From contig MU058009.1 of assembly GCA_013265495.1 (NCBI GenBank), forward strand, positions 4,158,739 to 4,222,738: a stretch of 64,000 nucleotides of DNA. The letters are read 5' to 3'. The DNA comes from Vicugna vicugna. Its lineage: Eukaryota. This document shows, piece after piece, positions 11,531 through 24,295 of this stretch; within the stretch, counting starts at the first letter, position 1, and the number at the start of each line of letters is the position of its first letter. The translations under genes were made by a program, and so were the position numbers. The notes beneath the pieces were generated by a model. It saw nothing but the letters and a program-made list of their open reading frames with translations. It ran no database searches and was not told the DNA's origin.

Positions 11531-14500
11531 CTCACTGGAGTTCTGGGGCTGACTGTTCCTAAAAGGGCCGCGGGAGGTGCTCCGTGATTCCTGGGCATGA
11601 AGGCAGCTGTGCTTCCGGGAGGGAAGGAGGGCAGGTGACAGGTGTAAGGCAGCCAGAAATCGGGAGAGCACGTTTTTATTTATGGATTCATTCTTGCAGT
11701 GGGTGAGGAAATAGGACAGATTCCCCTGTTTATAATTAAAAATTAGAAATACTCATTTGTATCCAATAAATACAAAATATGACTAGGCTAATCCCTTGTT
11801 CCAAACTTGGCGATTTAAAAGGGAGAGAGAGAAGAGGGGGGAGGAGAGAGAGGATACAAATGGGGTGAGGACCAGCCCTGGACCGCAGCCTGGGCTTCCT
11901 ACCCCCATCCCACTGCAGCCCAGTGCTCATAACCTGAAGAATTTACAACACAGTGCATCATGGACAGAGAACACCCTGCTGCCTGAAAATCAAGTGTGGT
12001 CGCCACTCATGCACACCATTTGGTGTCTGCTCTTCCCGCCAAGGGTCAGCGCCGCGAGGCGGGGGTCAGCAGCTCACACGCACGGGAGCTGAGCTGGCGC
12101 AGAGGAAGAGCTGATGAAGGTGTGAGTGCGGGGCGGGGGCCCGGAAGAGAGAGGAGGTGCCTGGACCGAGGGAATGTTCTGTCCTTGAGCAACGGGATTA
12201 ATTTCTCTCTCCACCTGATCTTCTCATCATTTTATTAGTCAGTATGTTCCGTCATTTCTTCAGTGGCTGTGCCCCTAATCTCACTGTTGGCCAGGTTCGT
12301 ACACCTGCACAGGCGATCCTCACCCTTGGCGTGCTCAACTTCCACACAAGCCAGTTCTCCAGGGGTGTGCACTGAAACCACTCCCCAAGTGCCGGGCGTG
12401 GACGTGCGTGCCCCCCGGGTGGATGAGTCATGGCCCAGCGATGCCACGGTTCCGGGAGTGCCGCCTGCTTCCCCAGAGCCGGGATTCATACAATTGTTTG
12501 GATATTTTATTGCCTTCTCCCGTTGTGGAAAAATGGAAGTGCTGATGCCAGCGATAAGAAACAGAGGCTCCATAAATGTAACACGGCTGAGGCAGAGGCG
12601 GAAATCTTCCGTTGTGCACAAAGAGCAAATGTTTGGCTTCAATTCGGGGCTTATCGCACCTGAGCTGTCTGACTGTGTGCTCAGCTGTGGGGGGGGCAAG
12701 GAGGGGAAGGAAGACAGGCACGCGCAGTGCACGCTGTCAGAGATTAGGTCTAAAATAGATGGCGCGCTGGGGCTTGGCTGGTCCTAGTCAGGCTTCGAGA
12801 TGCACACCTAACTCCGTCTCTGCTCGCACGTGCAGGTTGGCCGTGTGCAGTGACGGTGCGCACATCTGTCCTCCGGCTCGCTCTCCCGACCCCGCTCACG
12901 ATGTCTGTGCGCCGGTACCGCATTCATCTTCTCCTTTACAGAAAAGGTCCACGAGGTTCCCGACTTCATCGGATGAACTAAGCTGCGTGCCTTATTGTCA
13001 AGAATTTTAGTTGTGTCCTCCCAGCTTCCAGTTTTCAGGAAAACATTCCTGGAAAACAAACAAACAAACAAGCGTGTCATTTCTTCTACTTTTCTGAGTG
13101 TGAAATCTCCGCTGTCTGCTGCCCTTTCTCCAGATACTGCCTTTTTGTCCCATTGCTCTTTCCAGATCCTGCCAGGGCTTCATGTTTCCTCTTAAGCTCA
13201 GTCTTCTGGGTCAGCTGTGGGGTGGGGAGCTCCCGGCACTTCCTTTGTGCAGGGTCACCGTGCCTGCGGAGCAGGGTCTTAACCATCAGTTTCATCAGAC
13301 TCTGGGTTCCTTCTGGGTCCCTTACTCAGAACACCCAGGAGCCAGGGACCCCGCTGTCCCTCTGTTCTGTTTTGTTTTTTCTCTCGCCTTCCTCTGCCTC
13401 GTCTCACGACCACGTGGTAAATTACCTGGTACCATTGCCCCGTGTGCTGGCTTCTCAGTTCCCAGACCTCTCACTGGTCTGTCCTCCGCCTCAACCCCTG
13501 TGCTTGTCTCATAACTCCTGTTCTTGTTTACGCACGCAGTGCTTTCAAAAACTCTTTCTGCCGTGAAACGTACCGATAAAGCCCTCTTCTCGCTGCTCTT
13601 TTTAGCTCTGACGTGTCTTAAGTTTTCCCGCCTGTTGATCATCTCTTATTTTGTTTCTTCTTTTGATTTTCACGGCGTGCTCTTTGTGGACAGTTCAGTG
13701 ATTCTCGATGGAACACGTCTCTCGGTAGCTGTGGGTGTCCTTTACGCCGCCGCCCGGCCGTGGCTGTGCGGGCTGATGGTGGGCATAGGCCGCTGTGCTC
13801 CGGGTGCGCCTGGGTTCAGCGGGGGCGGGGGGTGCCCTGGGTCGGTGTGGTTAGTCTCTGACCCTCCCCAAGTCACCAGGGAGCTCTGCCCTGCGTGTTG
13901 GACCCAGTCTCCCTTACTCGCTCCTCTGGGGTGAAGTTGGACACGCCAGGCCTTGCTGCTTGGTACAGAGACTTGGTCGGTCTGGCTGCCCCCACCCCAG
14001 TGGGGTGACCAATCCCACGTCGCTCCAGAGGCCCTCCAGACCTTCACCCCCCGACAGGAGCGCTGGCTCACATGGACCCTGGCTCGTAGCCTCCCTCTGC
14101 GCTGGTGGCTTCACTCTCCTCTGCGTCACTCAGGGATCGGTCAGGTTCTCCCTTCCAGCTTGTTTCCTTCCTCTCATTGTCTAAGGGTTTGTCTGAGGTG
14201 GGGGTTGGGACGGGGAGGGAAGACTGCAGGGAACCATGTGAAACTGGAAGTTGTCCCCTTCTCCGGGTCTGAGAAGTGCAGGCTCCCGGAGCATCCTATG
14301 AACAGGACCTGAGTCGCACAGCGTGAACCCTGCCACCTGTCACGCACGTGCGTCTGGAACGAGGCAGGACGCACGGCAGACACATGCTTTATGAGGGATG
14401 AACTGCGGCCTGTATCCTCCACAGCTGATGCGATGGATGCCATGAAAACAGAGCGAGGGGGAGTCAAGTGCGCTGGTGATGCGCGGAGCACAGCCTCGTT

Positions 14501-14965
14501 TCTGGGGCCCCTTTTGTGGGAGTTTTAGATTGACCCCCCCCAGGTTAGTGACATAAAATGCACAGTATACATAACCTACGTGTGATGACGTGTGTACGTG
14601 TACGGGACATGCCCCCTCCCGGTCTGGTGCTCCTTTCTCCCTCCTTCCGTTTCTGCCCCGACCCTCCCCTTCCTCCCCGTGGTCAGTGTTCTCCGGAATC
14701 AGGCCCTCGACCTCCCACTCCCCTTTATTTGTCCACTCAACTTCTGTCCGGTTCTTGCCTCCTCCGGACACGGGCCGGCATGACCTGTTGGGACTGTGAG
14801 CCAGGCACCCACCAGACTGACTACAAGGCGCCTCCTGCCCCCTCTGCCTCGTGGCCCCCCCCCCCCCCCCAACGCCTGCCCCTGAGACTCAGCACTCGGC
14901 CCCTGAAAACCCGGCCCCCACAGCGGGGGAGGGAAACAGTGGGGAAGCCTTGCGGCCTTCAGGGG

Positions 14966-15313
14966 TGCTGCAGACTGAACGGTGTTCCGCCGAGCTCACA
15001 TGGTGACACCCCAGTTGGGTGAAGCCCCCACTGTGGCTATATTTGGAGACAGAACTTTTCAGAGGTAATTCAGGGTCGGTGAGGTCACAGGGTGGGTTCT
15101 AACCTGTCTGGGTCGTTGGCTTTATGAGAAGAGGGAGAGGAGACTTCCCTCCACAGGCGCACGTGGAGGGAGAGCCACGTGGGGACACAGGAGAAGCCGG
15201 CGTCTGCCGCCCGGGCTGGGGCTCTCCCCAGAGCCGATCCGGCTAGGGCCCTGGGCTCAGAGCTGAGCCACGGCCTGCGGTGTTTGGTCGTCTAGCCCTG
15301 GCCAGCTAGGACA
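14966..15313 (+). mobile_element. MaLR solo LTR (MLT1A-like)
   Basis: Starts TGCTGCAGACTGAAC, contains GTGGCTATATTTGGAGAC...GAGGTAATT...GAGGTCACAGGGTGGG and ends CTAGGACA; candidate 5-bp TSD AGGGG/AGGTG (4/5). Confidence 0.8.
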
Positions 15314-17289
15314 AGGTGCCAGCCCTTCTTGGAGGCCCGAATGGGAGAGGGGGGCGTGATCACGCGGGGGTCCCTTGACATCTTCCTGCAGAAATGAAGA
15401 CGCAGAGGTCAGACACGTCTGACCCTCCAGGAGGCTGGTGGCCCTGGCTGGACTAGAGTTCAGCTGATCACCGGCCCAGGGAGTGGGTGAGCCAGGCCTC
15501 ACTTCCCAGGCCGACAAAGCGCAGCCTCCAAACCTGCCCCTGGCAGGTGCCCTGGGCCCAGTCCCCGTGCGCATCGTCTCCCCAGGAACCCTGCCTCCGC
15601 CTGCGGGCCTGGTTGATTTCTTCCGGGCGTTCCTGGCAAGGATTCCCACCGTTTTGCCCCCTTGTCTCCCGGCTGATTCCCAGCTGCGTTCCTCGGCTGG
15701 ACCCAGTGCTGCCCAGTCTCCCTGGTCGGTCTCCCTCCCTGGGTTCTCAGAGCCCCTCCCGCAGTTGCCGGCTGGGTGGAAAGGCTTCCCAGGTCAGGGT
15801 CTCCTCCGGACGCCTACAGCCACCCAAGGTCCCCAGGCAGCAGCCTGAGACCCGCTCCAGGCTGCCTCTAACAGGCCCGTGACTCCAGGAACAGGGACCC
15901 AGGAGGGAGCCCTCCCCCATCTTGAGGCATCGGCCGCTGGTTCAGTCGTGGCCTCCGAAGCCCAGACTTAGTGCTGCCACTTCTCAGGAGGAGGAGGCCT
16001 TGGTGTTCGCTTCTCCCTGAGGATGCGGTGCGCCCGGCAGCTCCGACGGCGGGCGGCCCTGGCGCGTGTTCTTACGCACGGAAGTGGCTCAGCACGAGTT
16101 CCCGCCTCGTCAGGGCGCTGGCGGCCGGGCTGCGTGTCGGAGCCCCGTTTAGCCGGTGCACTCAGAGCTGGGGTCCGAAGACAGCAGTGACAAGGAGACA
16201 TTGTCTCCAGGGTCTTGTTTCCTTACGTGAGTCTCGCCTGGACTGAGCGCCTCTGAATTTTAAACGCCAGTGTTCTGTGGATGAAGGGGGTGTTCATGTT
16301 TAAGGGCAATGAAATAAAGTATTTGAACTAGCGTCCTTCACTGCTGCAAGGTGGGCAGAGATGGCTTTGTGCTAAACTGATAAACCAGTAAAGTAAAGGC
16401 AGAGATGGGGAGCAATGCAGAAAATGTCTGCCTGCCGCACACGGTGGGTGGAAGCTGTTCACAGAAACCGAAGGCAGACTGTGACGTCCGCCGCAGGAGC
16501 AGCGCCCCGCCGGGCGCCCTCGGGAACGCAGTCTCCGGTCAGCTGCGGGCTGCTGGCGTCCTCCCTCCGTGGGGTCCAGACCCGAGGCTGAAGACTAATT
16601 TAGAAATCGGTGTATTGCCTGCATCGTGTGGTGTGATTACTCTTCTCTGGTTTTACGTGTCTACAAGTGGTGTTCGTGGTCATAACTGCAAACTGTTGCT
16701 CAATTTTTATCGGTCTGGAAAGCCAGTGTTGGTGCTCGAGCACCTGCAAAAGCAAACATTTGCTATGTTGAAAAAATAAGGAAGATCTAAGTGATTTCAA
16801 GATGGCATTTTGTTTACGGACGCTTAAATGCTGCTGGGTTTTTACTTCTTTGGCTGTTAATGCTGCATTGAAGACACAGCCGTGCTGTAGGACTTTCTCC
16901 CCCTTGTTTCTTCTCCTTTGTCTTTCAAAACGTATTCATTCTACTCACAGTGTTTCCTCGAAAATCAAGACAGTCATGCAGTGAGTTCACAGGCAAATAC
17001 TTGTAAAAGTAAAGCATCCCATAGCAATATTAGCCATTTTGTGTCCCACGTAGGAACATTTTGCTTAGCCTTGACATATTTTTGGCAAGCTTTTTACTAG
17101 AAGGGCCAGTGTAGCAGGGCCATCTCGAAGTCCTCAGCACCGCGGTGGTTGGACTCGCCGAAGCTGAGCGTGCCTCCTGCCGCATTTCCGAAGGTCCCTC
17201 AGACCCTGAGTGAGAAATTATTTTAAGTTCCTGGTGGGGAGGGGTTGTGTTTCATTTTCATAGCAGCTTGTAACTAATGGAGTATGTGG

Positions 17290-17372
17290 TTAATGAATGT
17301 ATTGAATTAAATTGAATTAGATGGAATCAAATTGAATTGCACAGAAATAAATTGAATTGTAGTGAATTGTAA
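17290..17372. repeat. Degenerate (GAATT/AATTG)n pentamer repeat
   Basis: ATTGAATTAAATTGAATTAGATGGAATCAAATTGAATTG...AAATTGAATTGTAGTGAATTG. Confidence 0.8.
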
Positions 17373-17821
17373 ACCAGAGAGGGAAGATACGCGGTGATCT
17401 AATAACTGCTGATGGTACCAGACTCCGGAACGCGTTCCCCAGCTCAGGAGACATTCGGTAACCCGCACGTGGGAAAATCGCCCTCCTTCCGTGCCACTGG
17501 GTGTCCTTGCCAAGTGGGGGGGAACGTCACGAGAGACCCAAGGCAGTTACACAGTTCAGGCCCCTCTGCCTCTGTGCAGACTGCGCCAGGAGTGTGCAAC
17601 CCTGCTTTATCACCCTATATGTCACCAGGCAGGAGCCCCATTTTTAAATATATTTTTAAAAAATTTTCCTTTTGTTCAGCAGCAGCTGGCTCTGTGCAAG
17701 CGCTTAGAAAAAGGGGGTGTGAGTGTGTGTGTGTGCGCATCAGGCAGGGGGTGTCATTTGCTAGTTTTAATTGGTAGATTCAGCATCTTCCACTAACAGC
17801 GCGGAAGCCACTGGCTGAGAC

Positions 17822-17835
17822 GTTACCATGGTAAA
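17822..17835. promoter_or_regulatory. RFX X-box-like palindrome
   Basis: GTTACCATGGTAAA, 13/14 match to GTTACCATGGTAAC, with a perfect 12-bp palindromic core; lies in a stretch without recognisable repeats. Confidence 0.45.
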
Positions 17836-20820
17836 TCAAAGCGAGGTGTTTGATTGGTGGACCCCCGAAGCAGGTACAGTCATTTTCACCACCTCCAGGA
17901 AAGTTGAGGCCATCTGGTTCTGCCTCACCTGGAAGTCATTTACCACTCCAGGTGCAAGAAAAAAATTACCCCGAGGTCAGTAACTAAACCTACTTCAAGA
18001 CGTTCCAGCAGAGCATGCAAGAGGAACCGTGTCAAATAGTAATTCTTATCTGCTTATTTGTGTATTTTTGAGCTGGGAAAGTGAGGGGACACTGAAGCAA
18101 GCCAGAGCCAAGAAGAGTTGGCAGGTGATAACCCAGCTCATTCCAAACAGCAAAGCAAAATCCCTCCATCTCATTCTGAAGCAACTATTTTAATGGTCCA
18201 GTTCTGAATGTCTAATAAATTTGGATTTTATAAAACGGACTTTCTTAAGAATCATGTTTCCCAAGACTGTGGCCGAAGGGCACGGTGTGATGTGGAGGAG
18301 TAAAGAGCGAACTGAGCTGGGAGAGGATACGTTCTCAGTGAGGGAAATCTTTCAGAAAGGCTTCTCCCTCCAAAAATGTATTTTGGCCGTATCCACTTTA
18401 CATAGCAACTGAATGTCTTAGACAGTCTTGTGATCACGTAGGATGTAACCAGCCCTCACCCAAATATAGAAGGTGAGAAGACTGCAGAATCATTAGCTCT
18501 TTGGAGTAGTTAGAAGGATTTATTTGGCTCATGTGACATTGATTTGTTTTGGCTGCACATGAAATGTGTGGTCTTTGCAAGTCAATAGAAATGAAGTCCT
18601 TTATTGAAAAAGAAAAAACTCCATGGAGTGAATTACACAAAGAAACGGAAGGGAAAGTCTCCCAGGCTCCCATGCTTTGTGGGAGTGGATGCCAGGGAGG
18701 AGGGGCTGGGCTTCGAAAGGAAAGAGCAGGGGCTTGAGGAAAGGGGGCAAGTAGGAGCAGAGAGTCCACTTAAAGGACACCAGGGAAAGCGTGGTCTGGA
18801 AGCTGGCGGAACGGAACGTGTGGTCGTGGGGAGTCTGGGAGAAGAGGAGACCAAAGGCCACAGTAGACCCCACTCTTCCAGGAATGCCACAAGCCAGGAG
18901 GGCTGGGAATGGGAAAGCCCTGCACAGTCATGGAGTGAGAGGCCTCGTTTATGAGTCGGGGGATGGAGGGCCAGAGAGGGGAACGCTGGAAAGAAGCGGT
19001 CACGCAGAGTGGAGCCCAGCTTCACAGACCAGACCCAGCTTCAGGAGTCTATCCATCCAGCAGGGCCAGATGCACTCATGGACTCCAGCGTCTCCCTACC
19101 CCACTGCGCCCCAGTGCTCAGTCAGACCCCCATCCTGATACTCCATTCAGTAACGCGAGGGCTGAGGTGAGCGATGCGATGCTGGCCATCCACACTGTCT
19201 TTGGTCCTTGCTCCTTTCACTGGGGTCAGAGCCTGCGAGGAGCGGAAGGGCGGTTCTTTCTCCTGCCTCCCTGGGCTCTGGGGTGGAGACCCAACGAGAA
19301 ACCCCCTTCACGAGCCAGTCTCCCACTGCACCTCCTCTGTGCAAGGGGGTCAGACCCGGGACTTGTGGTCACCCCGCCCCGCTCACCATCATCACCTGCC
19401 GCACCTGCTGGTCCTCCCTCCAGAGGCGGACCCTGAGGGCGCTCACTTAATGTGGCCTAAGAAGCACTGCAACTTTGGGGACAGAATATTCTGTCGCAGA
19501 GCCCCGCAGGTACAGCCCAGTTCACCTGGAAAGCTGGAGTTGTGTGGTCAATTGAGGAAGTGAGACAGAGGCGGAGGCACCTCTTAGGATCAGCCTTTGT
19601 GAGTTACGCACTCATTTTAAGAACCTGATAAAAATGATGATTTTTTTCTCCAGGTAGCGAAGCCCATCTCTGCACCTCAGGTTAAGACTTTCATGCATAG
19701 ACATTTTGTATACGCACAGAAACCCACAACTTAGAAAGGTTACATATGTATGTATGTGTACATGCATGTGTATACATGTGTCTGTGTGTCTGCATGGATA
19801 TCTAGGTATATCTGTACGTCTGTTAGATACGATAGATGTGCATACAGATAGATAAATGCGTATGTTTTGCTAAATTGCAGTTCGGTGAGGCATGCGTTAC
19901 CCAAATAGAAACAGGACGTAGGTCTCAACAGCCCTTCAGGATCTAAACTGAACAAGAGTGAGTAATAAGCGGAAGCGAAGCCGAGGCAAGTTCGCGGTGA
20001 CTGTCAGCAGTGAGGAGTCAGTGGCGAGGCTCCCTCAGTGCGGTGACTCCTTCAAGAGAGGATTTGAAGCCACCGGTCTGGGCTGACTAAAGCCCTGGAT
20101 AACACGGCGCAGGAGACAGACCTGAGGACAGCGGGAGGAGCGGGCGGAGGAGACGGGCAGATGCGACTCTCTGAACCCCCGGGTTCCCTTCCGTTTCATC
20201 TTTCTTCAGACTGACACCTTTCCTTTCCACAGGGAAGGCGGCTTAAGTAGCCATCACCTCATAGGTCAGGACATCATATCTCACTATTTCAAATGGATGA
20301 ACATCTCATAGAAATACTGCATTTCAGTTGTTTCCCAGCACATGACTCACCTCATGTGTGTTTCTGCGTTTCTGCTCAGCTGTGAGGTGTGGTGCAATGT
20401 TACAGATTCACCGTCACACCTGTAAGGGTGTGCGCATACGCTGGAATCCTGAGGACACATTTGTCTCTACTCTCAAAAGGACAGATTGGGGAATTGCATG
20501 GTGCCTCCAGCCTGTCTGTGCACAGGAGTGGATGGCTCTTGGAGCGGCTCACGCAGCTGGCCGTCCGATTGTTCGGATCCATGAAAGGCAGGCTTTGTAA
20601 ACGTGGCATGCACTCCCCGCCGTGGACACTGTGGCATTTCATGATCAGCGCCCTCAGAAGAGATGCCAAGCTCCACCGTCCTTCCTGGAGTGGCCCTGCG
20701 TCACTCGGCGACCCCCTCCCCTCCCCTCCCCCAGCATAGACACATGCAGCGCCTTCCTGCAGTTGGCGCGTCACGTGGGCCTGGCGGCCTTCCTGCCTCC
20801 TCAAAAGTGGGCTCAGGCCA

Positions 20821-20948
20821 GGGGGAGGGGAGGGCTCAGTGGTGGAGCTCGTGTTCAGCGTGCAGAGGTCCTGGGTTCAATCCCAGTGCCTCCTCTAAGA
20901 ATACATAAGTGAATAAACTGAATTACCTTCCTGACCAAAAATACGTAA
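20821..20948 (+). mobile_element. tRNA-derived camelid SINE (Vic-1-like)
   Basis: GGGGAGGG..GCTCAGTGG (A box), GGTTCAATCCC (B box), AATAAACTGAATTACC, A-rich tail; TSD-like pair AAAAGTGGGCTCAGGCCA (20803-20820) / AAAAATAGGCTCAAGTCA (20949-20966). Confidence 0.85.
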
Positions 20949-22003
20949 AAAAATAGGCTCAAGTCAGCAAAGCACAGGATTTGCAAACGCTCTTGACCAG
21001 GCCCCCTTCCTGGAGCCTCTCCAGCAGGGTCCCAGCCCTTCTGACTGGTCAGTCCACCACCGGCTGCCACCCGTCTGCAGCCTGGGAGAGGGTGTGCTGG
21101 GCCAGACTTCACAACCTTTCCGCAGATTCCAGCTCATACCGTAGAGTCCGGAGCCCCTGGCGTGACACCCGGGAACGTCACAGGCTGACCTCCCTGAGCG
21201 TGCGTTCTAGCCTCACAGCACGAGAGTGAAGGGTCAGGGGTCCTGGTGGGGGTCCTGGCTTTCTCTCTCCCTTGCTGTCACCGAATACGGGGTTAAGTTC
21301 AAGGCAGGGAGGAGGTGTGTGGCAAACCCCGGCTGCTGTCCTCACAGCCCGGTAAGGCGGATGCTGTAGCCTCCACTGCGGAAACGGAGCTCAGAGGGGC
21401 CCACACGCTTGTCTGTGGACACACGGAGGCACTTCGCTGGAACTCGGATCCGTCTGCAGCAGCACCTGACTCTACCCCGGGGTGTGCGGCCTTTCCTGTC
21501 TCTGCCTGTGTGTTCTTGGCAAGTCTCTCTCTCTCTCTTTTTCCCCCCAATATCAAGTTGGGGGAGGCGGTGGGGGGTAGACCAGACCAGTGATTTCCGG
21601 TGTTTCTGTAGCTCTCCCGTGTCTCACGCGAAGTGCGATCCGAAGATGCTAGAATGGCCCTAAAGGGCGTTGGCCGCAGTGTTCTAGTTGTATCCCTCGG
21701 CCAGCTGTGGTCCCGGGCACCACTTCTCAGCACCGGGAGCCTAGGGCTTCGGCCACAGTGAGCCCCGTCCTCCCCACGTCCGTGCCTCCGCCTCGCCCAC
21801 CCCCCACCCCCGCTCTCTGCGCGTCCCCTCCACCCGGCGAGCAGTCCCAAGGCCCCGACGCTTCGTTTGAGTCTTTACTGTCGCCAGTCGGGGTCAGAGT
21901 TACCTGGCTAGTCGTCCTCTTCTGAGCTCTTTGAGGGAGAATCAGAACTTTATTTTAGCGACTGAATGTTTTTACACATTATATTCCTTTGTTTTCTGGA
22001 GTC

Positions 22004-22512
22004 TGTGTCGGTTTCTTGTGGCTGCTGTAACAAATCACCACAAACTCAGCGGCTTAGAACAACACAAGTGTATTTTCTCACCGTTCTGTTCCCGCCGTTC
22101 AGTTTTCCTGGGCTGGAACCCGGCTGTCGGCAGGGCCGCCCTCCCTAGAGGGGCTGTGGGGGAGGAGCTGGCCCTTGCCTCTGCCAGTGTCGGGGGCTGC
22201 CAGGGTTCCTGACTTGCAGTGCATCGCTCCAGCCTTCAAGGCCGGCATCTTTGAACCTCTCGGCTGCATCGTCGCATGGCCTCCTCTTCCACGTGGATTC
22301 AGATCTCCCTGTGCCGCCCTTTTATAAGGGTGTCCACGACCGCATCTGGGGCCCGCCTGGGCGGTTCAGAATACTCTCCCTGTCAAAATCCTTAGCTTAA
22401 TTTTGTATGCAGACACCTCTTCTTTTATATTTTCCCGTATGAACTTGCATCCACAGGTTCCGGGGACTGGGGCATAGGTGTCTTTGGGGAGCACACTTTA
22501 TAACGTGCCCAT
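22004..22512 (-). mobile_element. MLT1-type MaLR LTR (3' LTR of composite element)
   Basis: TGTGTCGGTTTCTTGTGGCTGCTGTAACAAATCACCACAAACTCAGCGGCTTAGAACAACAC...ACAGGTTCCGGGGACTGGGGCATAGGTGTCTTTGGGG, the typical reverse-complemented MLT1 LTR. Confidence 0.85.
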
Positions 22513-23904
22513 TTTCCCATTGGTCCCCAGAGACCACATCCATCCCACGTGTGAAATGCCTTCATCCTATCGGAACACCCCGCGTTTCTCAACCAGTCAC
22601 AGCATCAGCGCATGCAAAAAACCAACAAAACAAAACAAAACAAAACAAAATCTCATCTAAGTATCACCCGCCCCAGAGGCCCCAGATTTCATCATCTAGA
22701 GCAGGTACGGGCAGCACTCTGGGCACCATCCTCTTGAGACAGAATTCCTCTCTGTCTATGAACCTGTGGAAGCAGAAAACATGGCATCTGCTTCCAAAAT
22801 GCAGTGGCAGGACAGGCGTGGGGTTCCAGTTCTATGATCTTCTCATCCCCAGTGGGAGAGAAGGGAAAGGAGAAGGGGGCCGCCGGTGCAGAGCGCTGTG
22901 AAGAGTCAGCAGGGTACAGTCCACTAGGATGCGAGGTCTGGGAGTAGCCCCCGCGGCCTGCGTGTTCGTCCTGGGCCCGCGGCTCTGCTGCCCGCCCAGC
23001 CCCGCCACTCCAGCCTCCGGGCCCACGCCTCAGCCCCCAGCGCCAGGCTTCCTCTTCCTTGAAAGGCAGCCGTGTTTGCAGCTCAGTAGTTCGAGCAACC
23101 TGTTTCCTGCCTATAGGGTGTTGGGAGTCCAACAGCTTTCTTTCATTTTGCCACTTCGCCACTTGCAGCCCGAGCTGGCGAGAGCTCTGCTTAAAAGTGT
23201 CCTCCGAACTTGGTGGGTCTCCCGTGGGGATCGTGGGGATGCGCACTGGGAGGTAGGAGGGCCTTCCCCAGCACTGTCCTGGGTGGCCCCACCTCGGTGG
23301 CTCCCGCTAACGTGGCTGAGTGGTCCCGTGCGTCCCCACCCCATGTCTTTAGTGCTGGCAGAACACCGCTCAGCTTTGTCGATCTCTTCAGAGCACACTT
23401 CCCTGACGCGAGTCTCCTAACTGTAGCATCTTTTGCAATTTAAATAAGCCCCGAATTTCCCAAGTCATCAATCTCTCTTTTTTTTTAAGCTTTTCCCCCA
23501 ATTTATATTTTTTCTATACTATTTCACTGTAAGCAGGGGGAGAAAAGGTCACGTGTTGCACACGTTGCTGGGAAACCTCCTCCGCTAAACACCCCATTGC
23601 ATAGCTGGCAAGCTCTGCTTTCCACTGACTCTGGGGCACAGCTCGCGGCACGTCCTGCCTCCGTACCCGAAGGGCCGGCTTTCCTCCAGCTCCCGATGGT
23701 GTGCTTCTCATCTCCTTCGGAGAGCTCGCCCGAAGTGCCGTCTACTGCCCATATTTCTACCCAAACCCTGTTCAAGGGAATAGAGTCTTTTGCTATCTTG
23801 CAGCTGAGGATTCTCCCAGACTCTACCCATTATCCAATTCCAAAGCCAATTCCATGTTTGTAGGCGTTTGTTCTCACAGCACCCCACTTCCTGGTACCAA
23901 ACTC
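22513..23904 (-). mobile_element. MaLR internal region (MLT-int type)
   Basis: Ends in the characteristic CAAAGCCAATTCCAT...CACCCCACTTCCTGGTACCAAACTC/TGTATTAG internal-LTR junction (primer-binding end); no intact ORF. Confidence 0.75.
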
Positions 23905-24295
23905 TGTATTAGTAAAGGTTCAAACAGAGGAACAGAAGAAGTAGGGACCATACGCGAAGGGTTTTACTGCAGGAATTGATGTACATGACCGCAGGGCCGG
24001 CCGGCTGGCCGGCCGGCCAGGCCCGTCCCGAGTCCGCAGGGCAGGCTGGCAGCCGCGCGGCTGCAGGTCTCCGGCCGGGGCCGGAGCGGCTGTCCTCGGG
24101 GCCGCTCCTCCCTCTGCAGCCTCAGCTCTGTTCCTGAGGCCTTCCGGCTGGCGGCGAACTAGATCTTCTAGGGTAATCTACTTCAGGTCAGCTGGCTCCG
24201 AACATTAGTCACAGATTAAAATAAAAACCTGTGGGAGCAGACCGTGACCCTCATCCCAGCGAGGAAGTCGTCTGATGGAAGTACAAGGCATTACA
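23905..24295 (-). mobile_element. MLT2-type (ERVL) LTR (5' LTR of composite element)
   Basis: TGTATTAGTAAAGGTTCAAACAGAGGAACAGAA...CAGGAATTG...CCTCAGCTCTGTTCCTGAGGCCTTCC...TAGGGTAATCTACTT...CATTACA resembles MLT2E/F; followed by GAGTC. Confidence 0.7.

Noticed and set aside
20821..20895. tRNA-like A and B boxes
   Set aside because: They form the head of a SINE with an A-rich tail and TSD; there is no intact cloverleaf.
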